Shown: positions 34,661 through 43,786 of the stretch, one piece after another
Position numbering within the stretch: position 1 is the first letter of the stretch
Layout: each line of letters starts with the position of its first letter
Assembly (NCBI GenBank): GCA_964600575.1
Contig: CAZRJH010000003.1
Coordinates: forward strand, 17,640-81,639
From: an uncultured Gammaproteobacteria bacterium
GTDB taxonomy: Bacteria; Patescibacteriota; Microgenomatia; UBA8517
DNA: 64,000 nucleotides
Direction of reading: 5' to 3'
Made by a program: the position numbers and the translations under genes
The notes under the pieces: generated by a model
The model's input: the letters and a program-made list of their open reading frames with translations, nothing else
Database searches by the model: none
Told to the model about the DNA's origin: nothing

Positions 34661-35578
34661 ATGGCAAATATTCACTTTAAAACAGCACTGGGATATGTAA
34701 GAAGATCACCGTTTCAGGCAATGGCTGCAATTTCGGTTTTAACCCTTACTTTTTTTGTGGCCACTTTGGTTTCGGTCCTAGTCTATTCGTCTTCAAAATT
34801 AATATCTTATTTCGAAACAAGGCCTCAAGTTATTGCTTTTCTTAAAAGTGATGCAAAAGAAGACGAGATAGCCTCTTTGCAACACAAACTCCAATCGGAC
34901 TCAAGAGTAAAAGAAGTTAAGTATGTGAGCAAAGAAGAAGCTCTATCTATTTACAAAACCGCAACCAGCGACAACCCGCTACTGGGGCAACTCGTAAGTC
35001 CCTCAATTTTTCCGGCATCTTTGGAGTTTTCGGTGGCGGACCTTAACTTTGCACAAAAAGTTATAGAAGAAGTAAAAAGCGAAAGTGTTGTTGATTCCGT
35101 CGGCTTTACCGCCGCTTTGGGCGGGGAAACAAGTCTTAAAGATGTTGTTTCCAGACTAAAAACTATTACTTCTTATGTAAAGATCGGGGGAATTTCCTTT
35201 GTCGGAATTCTCGGGCTAACGTCATTTGTCGTTCTTTTGATAATTATTAGCCTTAGGATGACGACACGGCGCGACGAGGTAGAAATATTAAATTTAATTG
35301 GTGCAACCAGCGGATTTATCAGAAGCCCGATTATTATAGAAGCAATTGTCTATGCCGGCTTGGGGGTATTTTTAGGTTGGGCAACAACCTTTATAGCAGT
35401 ACTTTATTTTGCCCCTTCGGCTGTAACATATTTTGGCGAAATTCCGGTATTACCAAAAGACGCTCTTGGAATATTCCAACTCTTTGGAATTATTCTCGCG
35501 GTAGAGCTTGCCGCAGGTTTTATGCTCGCTCTTTCAGGGAGTCTTCTTGCCGTTTCCAGAGTCAAGAAAGCAAAATGA
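34661..35578 (+). CDS. ftsX: Cell-division permease FtsX
   Basis: N-terminal TM, large extracytoplasmic loop, three C-terminal TM segments; 2-nt gap after ftsE. Confidence 0.85.
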   Translation: MANIHFKTALGYVRRSPFQAMAAISVLTLTFFVATLVSVLVYSSSKLISYFETRPQVIAFLKSDAKEDEIASLQHKLQSDSRVKEVKYVSKEEALSIYKTATSDNPLLGQLVSPSIFPASLEFSVADLNFAQKVIEEVKSESVVDSVGFTAALGGETSLKDVVSRLKTITSYVKIGGISFVGILGLTSFVVLLIIISLRMTTRRDEVEILNLIGATSGFIRSPIIIEAIVYAGLGVFLGWATTFIAVLYFAPSAVTYFGEIPVLPKDALGIFQLFGIILAVELAAGFMLALSGSLLAVSRVKKAK

Positions 35579-36759
35579 CATTAAAACTAAATGGAACAAA
35601 GATATTCATCTTTATACTCGGCCTAGTAATTTTTTTGGGCCTGGCTTCTTATTCAGTAATTTCGGCAGACGACTGTGACAACATCCCCGCCGACAAAGAC
35701 CACATAACTCAAAAGATTCAGTGTTTAACGGGAAAGATAGGCCAACTTAACTCGCAATCTATCACGCTTAAAAACCAGATCTCTCAGTTTGATGCTCAAA
35801 TAAAACTTACAACATTAAAAATTACGGACACGCAAAACAAAATCGAACTTCTAGGGGGAAGAATCGATCAACTAGAGGTTTCCATGAACGACTTGTCTAA
35901 AGCTTTTTCGGGAAGAGCTATCGAAACATATAAAATGTCCAGATTTGCCGAAAGTGTAATGTTTATAATGACTGCGAACGATTTAACCCGTGCTGTCTCA
36001 AGGTATCATTATCTCCAAAAAATTCAGGAAGCCGACAGAAGCTTACTTACAAGACTTCAAGAAACGCAAACAATGTATCAAGGCCAAAAGACAGATCAGG
36101 AGAGTCTGCAAAAACAACTCAAAGATCAACAAACAAATCTTAATTCACAAAAGGTTGCTAAAGCCAGGCTCCTTAAAGACACTCAAAATAGTGAAGTTAA
36201 ATATCAACAGCTTTTAGCCGAGGCAAAAGCCGAGTACGAGGCTATTCAGGGAATTCTTGCAGGCAAAGGAAAAGAAACAGAGGTGGGTAAGGTGAGTGCA
36301 GGTGAAAAAATTGCAAGCATTATTCAAGGCCCTTCTTGTAACTCGGGGGGAACACATTTGCACTTTACCGTTAGCCAGGGCGGGGTTACTCAAAATCCTT
36401 TTAATTACCTTAAAGGCGGAATCGAATATTCAAACTGTTCGGGGTCGAGTTGTGGTTCGAGCGACGGAGATAGTTTTAATCCAAGCGGCTCATGGGATTG
36501 GCCTATAAACGCTAAAATCCAGTTTAACCAAGGTTACGGTTCCACCTGGGCAACCAGAAACACCTATGTAGGAAGAATCTATAGCGCCCATAACGGTATA
36601 GACATCAATAGTTCCTCTCCTGATGTAAAATCCGTCAAAGGGGGGACTCTGTTTAGGGGTAGTTATGTAGGGGGCGGCGGGTGCTCGCTTAGATATGTTA
36701 GAGTTAGGAACGACGACGGCTTGGACCAATTCTATCTCCATGTAAATTACGTTTTATAA
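35575..36759 (+). CDS. EnvC-like coiled-coil protein with M23 (LytM) metallopeptidase domain whose motif order appears permuted
   Basis: ATGA overlap with the ftsX stop; N-terminal TM; ~230 aa Gln/Leu-rich coiled coil; GTHLHFTV (HxH block) lies about 85 aa before AHNGIDI (HxxxD block). Confidence 0.65.
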   Translation: MTLKLNGTKIFIFILGLVIFLGLASYSVISADDCDNIPADKDHITQKIQCLTGKIGQLNSQSITLKNQISQFDAQIKLTTLKITDTQNKIELLGGRIDQLEVSMNDLSKAFSGRAIETYKMSRFAESVMFIMTANDLTRAVSRYHYLQKIQEADRSLLTRLQETQTMYQGQKTDQESLQKQLKDQQTNLNSQKVAKARLLKDTQNSEVKYQQLLAEAKAEYEAIQGILAGKGKETEVGKVSAGEKIASIIQGPSCNSGGTHLHFTVSQGGVTQNPFNYLKGGIEYSNCSGSSCGSSDGDSFNPSGSWDWPINAKIQFNQGYGSTWATRNTYVGRIYSAHNGIDINSSSPDVKSVKGGTLFRGSYVGGGGCSLRYVRVRNDDGLDQFYLHVNYVL

Positions 36760-36793
36760 TTGCTTAAAACATATTTTGTTTTAATATGACTAT

Positions 36794-37585
36794 ATGAATT
36801 TTTTAAAATTTGTCAGGCTTCTACTTGTTACTGCGGTTTTGTTTGCAACAGTCGGTACAAATGTGATTCAGGCCGGTCTTGTTATAAACGAAATTTCCCC
36901 GTCAACCAATCCCGAATGGGTAGAAATTTTTAACGATAGCGGTAGCGAAGTTAATTTGGCGGGTTATCTCTTGGAAGACGGAAACAATATCACAATCGAT
37001 GATATTATTCTTTACGGATTAATTCCTGCCCATGGTTTTTTGGTGTTTACTCATGCGGAGGGCTGGTTAAATAACGACGGAGACACATTAAAATTTTATA
37101 ATAATGCCACACCCTCGGCTATTTTAGACCAATATTCTTTCGGAAGTCTCGACTCATCAAAGACTTTTGCCAAGATCCCCAACGGCGGGCCTTGGCAGAC
37201 AACATCAAATATTACAAATGGTTCATCAAACCCCACACCAACACCTGCCCCAACACCGACTCCTACTCCAACAATCTTTCCGACAACTACACCTTCACCG
37301 ACTCCTTCAAAATCTCCAACACCGACCCCTGTTAAAACAAAATCACCGACACCAAGCCCTACTCTGGAATCGCAGGTATTGTCTGCAGAAACTACTTCTT
37401 CGCCTTCTGCTCCTCAAACAGACACATCTATCGAAGTTCAAGATTCGGTAAACGATATGGATAAAAAACAGTCAAATCCCAGGAAAAATGTTATGGTAGT
37501 AGCCCTTACTCTAATGGGTTTTGGTTCCGTATTGTTTGGGGTTGGCGGTGTTGCGATATATCGAAAGTCAAAACAACCAAGTTAG
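36794..37585 (+). CDS. Lamin-tail-domain (LTD) surface protein with Pro/Thr-rich linker and C-terminal TM anchor
   Basis: LVINEISPSTNPEWVEIFN and GYLLEDG match the LTD core; PTPTPAPTPTPTPT linker; C-terminal VMVVALTLMGFGSVLFGVGGVAIY. Confidence 0.65.
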   Translation: MNFLKFVRLLLVTAVLFATVGTNVIQAGLVINEISPSTNPEWVEIFNDSGSEVNLAGYLLEDGNNITIDDIILYGLIPAHGFLVFTHAEGWLNNDGDTLKFYNNATPSAILDQYSFGSLDSSKTFAKIPNGGPWQTTSNITNGSSNPTPTPAPTPTPTPTIFPTTTPSPTPSKSPTPTPVKTKSPTPSPTLESQVLSAETTSSPSAPQTDTSIEVQDSVNDMDKKQSNPRKNVMVVALTLMGFGSVLFGVGGVAIYRKSKQPS

Positions 37586-37604
37586 GCTTTGGTATAATTT
37601 GTTA

Positions 37605-38027
37605 GTGAAAGATCAAATATTTAAAAAAGTTTATCTTTGGGCGCCACCTCTGCTTTGGATGCTTTTAATCTTCAAGTTTTCATCAGGAAGTGTTCCAACG
37701 GCTTCGGCTGTTTATTGGCAGGATTTTGCGGTTAAAAAGACGGGTCATGTTTTGCTTTTCGGCGGCCTTGCAGTTTTGTATTACAGAGCGTTGATAGGAG
37801 AAGGAATTAGTAAAAAAAGTGCCGTAATTTCGGCCATTATTGCTTCAACTATTTATGGAGCAAGCGATGAGCTTCACCAAACTTTTACCCAAGGACGAGA
37901 AGCCAAGATTAGAGATGTTTTTATAGACGGGGCCGGTGCAACCCTTTTTGGCTATCTAACCTATTTTGTATTGCCAAGATTGCCCAAAAAAATTAAAATG
38001 TTGGGCGAGAGATTCGGATTTATTTAA
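37605..38027 (+). CDS. VanZ-family membrane protein
   Basis: ASDELHQTFTQGREAKIRDVFIDGAG matches the VanZ-like core; start assigned to GTG 37605 after the upstream stop (the track ORF begins at 37521 inside the previous gene). Confidence 0.55.
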   Translation: MKDQIFKKVYLWAPPLLWMLLIFKFSSGSVPTASAVYWQDFAVKKTGHVLLFGGLAVLYYRALIGEGISKKSAVISAIIASTIYGASDELHQTFTQGREAKIRDVFIDGAGATLFGYLTYFVLPRLPKKIKMLGERFGFI

Positions 38028-38029
38028 AT

Positions 38030-39019
38030 ATGAAAAAAATTTTAGTCACAGGCGGCGCAGGTTATATCGGAAGTTTCATGGTTCGTGCTTTGGAAAACAA
38101 AGGCTACAATGTAACAATAGTCGACGATCTATCTTCGGGTCATAGGCATGCGGTTAAGGATTTTCGTTTAGAACAAATAAACTTATTAACTCAAAAAGAT
38201 TTACTAAACGACCTTTTTGCAAAGGAAAAATTCGACGGTGTAATACATATGGCCGCGTTTATCCAAATGGGAGAATCTTTTGTTAATCCGTCTAAGTATT
38301 ACCGTAATAATGTCATGGGATTTTTAAATCTTATGGACTCCATGAGAGATAACGGTTGCACAAATATAATTATTTCTTCTAGTGCGGGCGTTTACGGTAA
38401 TCCTCAAAGATTGCCGATAGAAGAAGACGATCCAAAAAACCCGCTTAATCCGTACGGGGAAACAAAGTATATGATGGAAAGAATTTGCGAAGACTACGAA
38501 GCTGCACACGGCATTAAATTTGTAAGTTTAAGATATTTTAACGCTTCGGGCGCTGCTCTTGACGGCTCTATAGGAGAGGCTCATCCGGAAGAAAGCCATT
38601 TAATACCTAATGTTATTTCCTCAGTTTTATCGGATAAAGAATTTACACTCTTTGGTGATGACTACCAAACACCCGACGGTACCTGCATAAGGGATTATGT
38701 GCATGTACTCGACCTTTCAGACTCACATGTTTTGGCTTTGGAATCCATACTAGGAGGGGGTAAAAGTGATTATTACAATATCGGCTTGGGTAAGGGTTAT
38801 TCCAATAAAGAAGTAATATCTCAAATAGAAGAAGTCTCGGGCAAAAAAGTTAGGTTAAAGATAATGCCAAAAAGACCCGGCGATGCAAACGCTTTATATG
38901 CAAAAATAGATAAAATAAAAAACGCACTGGGCTGGTCACCTAAATACGGAATAAAAGAAATTATAGAGTCTGCTTACAAATGGCACTTGCAAAACAAAAA
39001 CGGATATTCCTCCATTTGA
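38030..39019 (+). CDS. galE: UDP-glucose 4-epimerase
   Basis: VTGGAGYIGS Rossmann motif, YGETKYMMER (YxxxK), 329 aa. Confidence 0.85.
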   Translation: MKKILVTGGAGYIGSFMVRALENKGYNVTIVDDLSSGHRHAVKDFRLEQINLLTQKDLLNDLFAKEKFDGVIHMAAFIQMGESFVNPSKYYRNNVMGFLNLMDSMRDNGCTNIIISSSAGVYGNPQRLPIEEDDPKNPLNPYGETKYMMERICEDYEAAHGIKFVSLRYFNASGAALDGSIGEAHPEESHLIPNVISSVLSDKEFTLFGDDYQTPDGTCIRDYVHVLDLSDSHVLALESILGGGKSDYYNIGLGKGYSNKEVISQIEEVSGKKVRLKIMPKRPGDANALYAKIDKIKNALGWSPKYGIKEIIESAYKWHLQNKNGYSSI

Positions 39020-39050
39020 TTCCGACAGCTTCAGAGTTTAATATGAGTTA

Positions 39051-40049
39051 ATGAAACTATTGGAAAGAATAGCACATCTTTTTTTTCCGCGTGAATCTAA
39101 TAATCAAAAAGCAAAACTATTGCATCCAATAGGATTGGGTGTGTTGGCAACTTTAGTTATTGCTTTCCAAGTCGTTCTTAATTTTGTCCCTAAAACTTTT
39201 CCACAAGTTTTAGGTTACGCCGCAAACATCATTCCTTTCGATATCGTAAAACTGACAAACGAAAAACGTGCCCAAAACGGAATGCATGCTTTGGTTCTTG
39301 ATTCCACACTTTCCGCGGCGGCAATCGCAAAAGGAAACGATATGTTAGCAAAAGGTTATTGGGCTCACTTTGCACCGGACGGAACTTCGCCATGGAGCTT
39401 CTTTTTAAGTTTTGGTTATAAGTATAAATATGCCGGTGAAAATCTGGCGCGGGATTTTGCATCCTCTCAGGCGGCTATGGATGCTTGGATGAATAGCCCT
39501 TCTCACAAGGACAATATCCTTAACGACAGTTACAACGACATAGGTATTGGGGTAGTAGAAGGAAAGTTAAATGGTGTAGATACAACCATTATTGTCCAGT
39601 TTTTTGGAACAAAAATGCAAACGGAACCCAGTGTTGCCGCCGCACAGTTTTCCTCGGTTTTATCAACCCCAACCCCGTCAACCCTATTGGATGTAGCTAA
39701 AGAAAAATCACAAGAAGCCGCACTCCCCATCACTATAGAAACACCCGAGCCTACGCCTAGCCCAACCCCCGAATCCACTCCCACCCCGGAACCAACATTT
39801 ATTCCCGTAGCCATTGCTTCAACCGATCAAGTAACATCTTCTTCTTCGGGGAAACTGTCGCCATTTCTAACTACTAAAAATATCGCAATAGCTGTTGTTG
39901 CGGTTCTGCTTTTGGTGCTGGCAATCGACATAATAGTTATCAGACAAAAGCGAATAAATAGAGTCGGCGGTAGAACTTTGGCACACCTCGGTTTTTTTGG
40001 AATGATTTTCGCAGTTATAATTATTCTTAAAGCCGGAAAGATTATTTAA
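39051..40049 (+). CDS. CAP/SCP (PR-1-like) domain protein with N-terminal TM, Pro/Thr/Glu-rich linker and C-terminal TM
   Basis: KGYWAHFAPDG...GENLA...SPSHKDNIL..NDIGIGV is typical of the bacterial CAP domain. Confidence 0.7.
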   Translation: MKLLERIAHLFFPRESNNQKAKLLHPIGLGVLATLVIAFQVVLNFVPKTFPQVLGYAANIIPFDIVKLTNEKRAQNGMHALVLDSTLSAAAIAKGNDMLAKGYWAHFAPDGTSPWSFFLSFGYKYKYAGENLARDFASSQAAMDAWMNSPSHKDNILNDSYNDIGIGVVEGKLNGVDTTIIVQFFGTKMQTEPSVAAAQFSSVLSTPTPSTLLDVAKEKSQEAALPITIETPEPTPSPTPESTPTPEPTFIPVAIASTDQVTSSSSGKLSPFLTTKNIAIAVVAVLLLVLAIDIIVIRQKRINRVGGRTLAHLGFFGMIFAVIIILKAGKII

Positions 40050-40050
40050 T

Positions 40051-40311
40051 ATGAAAAAATTTGCAAAACATCTGCCGCACTTTCTGCTTTTAGCAGGTAT
40101 ACTTTTCGCTGGATTTGCAGGGTTAATTTTGTTTTCTCATAATTCAAAGTTTCAAGGGGCGGTCGCACTTGCAACGGCTTCGGCTTATGTGGCTTGGGGA
40201 ATTATGCATCATTATCTTCATAAAGATCTGCATTGGGAGGTCTTTGTAGAGTACGTGGCCGTGGCTGCACTCGGCCTTGCGATTCTTTTTTCCTTGATTT
40301 TGGGACAATAA
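40051..40311 (+). CDS. Small membrane protein (86 aa, 2-3 TM)
   Basis: Hydrophobic helices; tight spacing within the operon. Confidence 0.4.
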   Translation: MKKFAKHLPHFLLLAGILFAGFAGLILFSHNSKFQGAVALATASAYVAWGIMHHYLHKDLHWEVFVEYVAVAALGLAILFSLILGQ

Positions 40312-40329
40312 CAAAATATACTTTCAGTT

Positions 40330-41262
40330 ATGCTTTCAGGCACAAATATGTCGTCAGGCACGAATTTAAAAAAGGTCAGAAAGGCCGTAATTCCGGCAGC
40401 AGGGTTTGGAACAAGATTTCTTCCTCAAACCAAGGCAATGCCTAAAGAAATGCTTCCTATAGTAGATAAACCTGTAATTCAATATGTTGTAGAAGAGCTG
40501 GTGGAAGCGGGTATTCAAGACATTTTTATTGTTACAGGCTACCACAAGCGAGGAATAGAAGACCATTTTGATTCACCCAATCTGGATCTTATAGAAAATC
40601 TCAAAATGGGCGGGGAAAAGAAAAAACCGCTTTTGGAAGAAGTAGAAAAAATCTCCAATATGGCAAACTTCGTCTATGTTAGACAAAAAGGCCCCTACGG
40701 CAACGGTACGCCTCTTTTGAATGTCAGACATCTAATCGGGGACGAGCCCTTTATCTACACATGGAGCGACGACTTTATAAAAGCCGAACCCAACAGGTTC
40801 AAACAGCTTATTTCCGCCTATGAAAAATACGGAGCAAGTTGTTTGGCAAGTCTTAAAGCAACCAAAGACGAAGACTACGAACGCTACGGAAACTCAGGTG
40901 GAACTTTTTTGGAAGACGGAATAATGGATGTAGACAACATTATAGAAAAACCCGGTAAAGATAAAGCACTTTCGGATTTGGTTAATGTTTCCGGTTATCT
41001 ATTTACTCCCGACATTTTTAATTATCTAGATACCGCACTTAAAAATCTCAAACAGGGTGACGAACTTTACTACAACGATGCGCTCAAGTTAATGCTCGAA
41101 GATGGTAAAAAAGTAATGGCTGTAGAGATTAAAAACGGAAAATACTACGATACGGGTAACAAGATGGAGTATCTTAAGACGGTGGTTGAGTTTGCTTTGG
41201 CTCGCCCGGATATAAACGGCAAGTTTAGGGATTATCTCAAAAGCCTCAATTTAGACGGGTAA
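40330..41262 (+). CDS. galU: UTP-glucose-1-phosphate uridylyltransferase
   Basis: KAVIPAAGFGTRFLPQTKAMPKEMLPIVDKPVIQY is the GalU signature. Confidence 0.85.
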   Translation: MLSGTNMSSGTNLKKVRKAVIPAAGFGTRFLPQTKAMPKEMLPIVDKPVIQYVVEELVEAGIQDIFIVTGYHKRGIEDHFDSPNLDLIENLKMGGEKKKPLLEEVEKISNMANFVYVRQKGPYGNGTPLLNVRHLIGDEPFIYTWSDDFIKAEPNRFKQLISAYEKYGASCLASLKATKDEDYERYGNSGGTFLEDGIMDVDNIIEKPGKDKALSDLVNVSGYLFTPDIFNYLDTALKNLKQGDELYYNDALKLMLEDGKKVMAVEIKNGKYYDTGNKMEYLKTVVEFALARPDINGKFRDYLKSLNLDG

Positions 41263-41271
41263 TTATTCAAT

Positions 41272-43197
41272 ATGAAGATTTTTGTAACTGGAGCTGCAGG
41301 TTTTATCGGGTCCAACTTTGTGCATTATTGGCACAAAAAACATCCCAAAGATAAGATAGTCGTAATCGACTCGCTTACCTATGCTGGCAATATCGAAAAC
41401 CTAAATTCGATCAAAAACGACATAGAATTTATACACGCTGATATCAACGATAGGGCAAAAGTCTCCGAAGGTTTAAAAGGTGTGGATGCTGTAGTCCACT
41501 TTGCAGCCGAAAGCCATGTCGATAGAAGTGTTTTTGATCCTAGCAGGTATTGGGCAACCAATGTTCACGGGACCGTAACACTTTTGGAAGAGGCCCACAA
41601 AATAGGAATAAAAAGGTTTCATCATATATCAACCGACGAGGTTTACGGCGAACTTCCCTTAGATTCGGACCTAAAATTCACAGAAAAGACTCCGTATTCC
41701 CCCAGACCCGATAATTTGTATGCACTTTCAAAAGCAGAAGCTGACAAAGTTGTATTGGAATTTTACAAAAAGACGGATATGTATATAACAATTTCCAACT
41801 GTTCAAATAATTACGGACCTTTCCAGTTCCCCGAAAAATTTATGCCGATTGTAATTACCAATTTAATAGACAACATTAAAGTTCCTATTCATGGCGACGG
41901 AAGAAATGTAAGAGATTGGATTCATGCCTGGGACCACTCGTCGGCAATAGACCTTATTCTAAACAAAGGTAAAAGTGGCCAGACATATTTGGTAGGTTCC
42001 AATAACGATAGAGACAATAACTACATTGCCGAGAAGTTGGTAAATCTTTACGGCCAGGATATGTCAGTAATCAGGCATGTACCGGATAGGCACTCCAACG
42101 ATAGAAGATATGCAATTGATGCAACAAAAATAATAGAAGAACTCGGCTGGCAGCCCGAAATTGGCAGAGACAATTTTGACGACGGACTAAAAGAAACTGT
42201 CGATTGGTACAAAGCAAATCAAGATTGGTGGAGACCACTGCTCAAAAGAAAAGCTTCAATTTCGGACGAAGAAGGAACTTTAAGTGCGTATATATCTCTC
42301 GACAGAGAAACTGGGAAAACAAAATTTACTTTCGGTAAACTGGAAAAAACCGAAGGGGCCCTTCAGACGCCCGAGGATGTTAAAGAGCATTTTGTAGAAC
42401 AAAATCTGGTAAGGTACGAAATTGTAATGAAAAATCTCGAGTCTAAAAAGTGGTTTAAAGCTACCGCAACTTCCATTAAAAATAAAGTTAAGGCATTAGC
42501 TCTTAACCCGTCAACATTTGGTTACGTAGAAGATTTGGCCGCACGCGAAGACAAAATAGTAAGCGATACAATTTTGCGCATTGTGGAAGTCGATCACGCC
42601 AGACCGGAATTTGGAATATACGGAATTGCCACATGGTTCGAAGTTGTAAATCTGGAAGGAGTAATCAGGTCGGAAGGTTTTTATTCTTGGGGTTGGGGTC
42701 CAAAATCGGGGGCAAAACTTTTAGTACTAGTTAGACGTGGTGGCGAAATAACCCACCTCGCCTTACAAAGAGAAGAAAAATTTCCCACAGGTTCAATGGT
42801 TTATAACCTTGCAGGAGGGTTTCCCAAGCTCAACGAAAGCGTTCTAAATTTTATCATCAGATCACTAAAAAAAGATTTAGACATAAGTATTAAAAACGGA
42901 GGTGTTACTCTTAATGAAATTGTAAGTCTTGGTCGCGTTGCACCGGATTCTGGTATGACAAATAATCACCCCAATCTTTACGGAGTAATTCTAGACTTCG
43001 AAGACAGCTATTTCCCCACAATTAGAGCAGGGGAGAAGTTCGAAAAAGGATCGGGAATAGTTTTGTGGCCAGTTTCCCAAATATCTGATATTGTTAGTAA
43101 GTGTGACGATTCTTATTTCTTGTCCGCAATGGCAAGAATAACTCTTTCGGGTATCTATACAATCAACCTGGCGGAGAAAAATAGCAGCCAAAGCTAA
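41272..43197 (+). CDS. rfbB: dTDP-glucose 4,6-dehydratase fused to a ~300-aa C-terminal domain of unknown function
   Basis: N-terminal 330 aa: GAAGFIGSN, YALSKAEADKV (YxxxK), RmlB-like throughout; residues ~335-641 have no recognisable SDR motif. Confidence 0.75.
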   Translation: MKIFVTGAAGFIGSNFVHYWHKKHPKDKIVVIDSLTYAGNIENLNSIKNDIEFIHADINDRAKVSEGLKGVDAVVHFAAESHVDRSVFDPSRYWATNVHGTVTLLEEAHKIGIKRFHHISTDEVYGELPLDSDLKFTEKTPYSPRPDNLYALSKAEADKVVLEFYKKTDMYITISNCSNNYGPFQFPEKFMPIVITNLIDNIKVPIHGDGRNVRDWIHAWDHSSAIDLILNKGKSGQTYLVGSNNDRDNNYIAEKLVNLYGQDMSVIRHVPDRHSNDRRYAIDATKIIEELGWQPEIGRDNFDDGLKETVDWYKANQDWWRPLLKRKASISDEEGTLSAYISLDRETGKTKFTFGKLEKTEGALQTPEDVKEHFVEQNLVRYEIVMKNLESKKWFKATATSIKNKVKALALNPSTFGYVEDLAAREDKIVSDTILRIVEVDHARPEFGIYGIATWFEVVNLEGVIRSEGFYSWGWGPKSGAKLLVLVRRGGEITHLALQREEKFPTGSMVYNLAGGFPKLNESVLNFIIRSLKKDLDISIKNGGVTLNEIVSLGRVAPDSGMTNNHPNLYGVILDFEDSYFPTIRAGEKFEKGSGIVLWPVSQISDIVSKCDDSYFLSAMARITLSGIYTINLAEKNSSQS

Positions 43198-43198
43198 T

Positions 43199-43786
43199 AT
43201 GATGCGTTTCGACCCCGATAAGCATATTAAAAAAACTTCAATTCCGGGCGTCGTGTTAATCGAACGTCCTATTTTGGGCGATGCAAGGGGTTTTTTACAC
43301 GAGCCATACAACAGGGAAGAACTAAAAGCTGCAACAGGGGTGGAGTTTAATCCTGTCCAGTGGACTCACGCCTACATAAAACCGGGGGTTGTAAAAGCGG
43401 TGCATTCAGAAAACTGGAATAAGTTAATATACCCCGTTACGGGTGTTTTATATGCGCCCATTGTTGACTTGCGCCCCGAAAGCGAAACTTTCGGTAAAGT
43501 TGAATATATAACTATAGATAACACAAAAGAGGATTCTCCTAGGCATGCTCTGTTTTTACCCGCAGGCGGCATCGGTAATTCAATTACCGTTTTAGGCAAC
43601 GAAATGATGCATTATTTTTATCTGATAGATGAATATTGGGATGATGCAAAAGCAAGTGGTGTGGCATGGGACGACCCAGATCTAAATATAAAGTGGCCGA
43701 TAGAAAATCCAATTCTCTCCGAACGAGATAAAACCAACCCCACCTTAAGGCAGATGTTCCCTCATAAGTTTAAAAACCAAAAATGA
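43199..43786 (+). CDS. rfbC: dTDP-4-dehydrorhamnose 3,5-epimerase
   Basis: RmlC cupin blocks GDARGFLHE, HSENWNKLIYPVTG, FLPAGGIGNSI. Confidence 0.85.
   Translation: MMRFDPDKHIKKTSIPGVVLIERPILGDARGFLHEPYNREELKAATGVEFNPVQWTHAYIKPGVVKAVHSENWNKLIYPVTGVLYAPIVDLRPESETFGKVEYITIDNTKEDSPRHALFLPAGGIGNSITVLGNEMMHYFYLIDEYWDDAKASGVAWDDPDLNIKWPIENPILSERDKTNPTLRQMFPHKFKNQK

Noticed and set aside
35377-35574. Upstream extension of the M23-peptidase ORF (track start 35377) overlapping ftsX
   Set aside because: The extension overlaps the ftsX coding frame by ~200 nt. ATG 35575 forms an ATGA stop/start junction with ftsX and is followed at once by a TM segment typical of EnvC-like proteins
37170-37460. Tandem-repeat-like DNA (ccaacaccgac...) and the 94-aa overlapping ORF 37167..37451
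   Set aside because: This is the Pro/Thr-rich linker coding region of the LTD protein read in its own frame; the alternative-frame ORF is a low-complexity artefact
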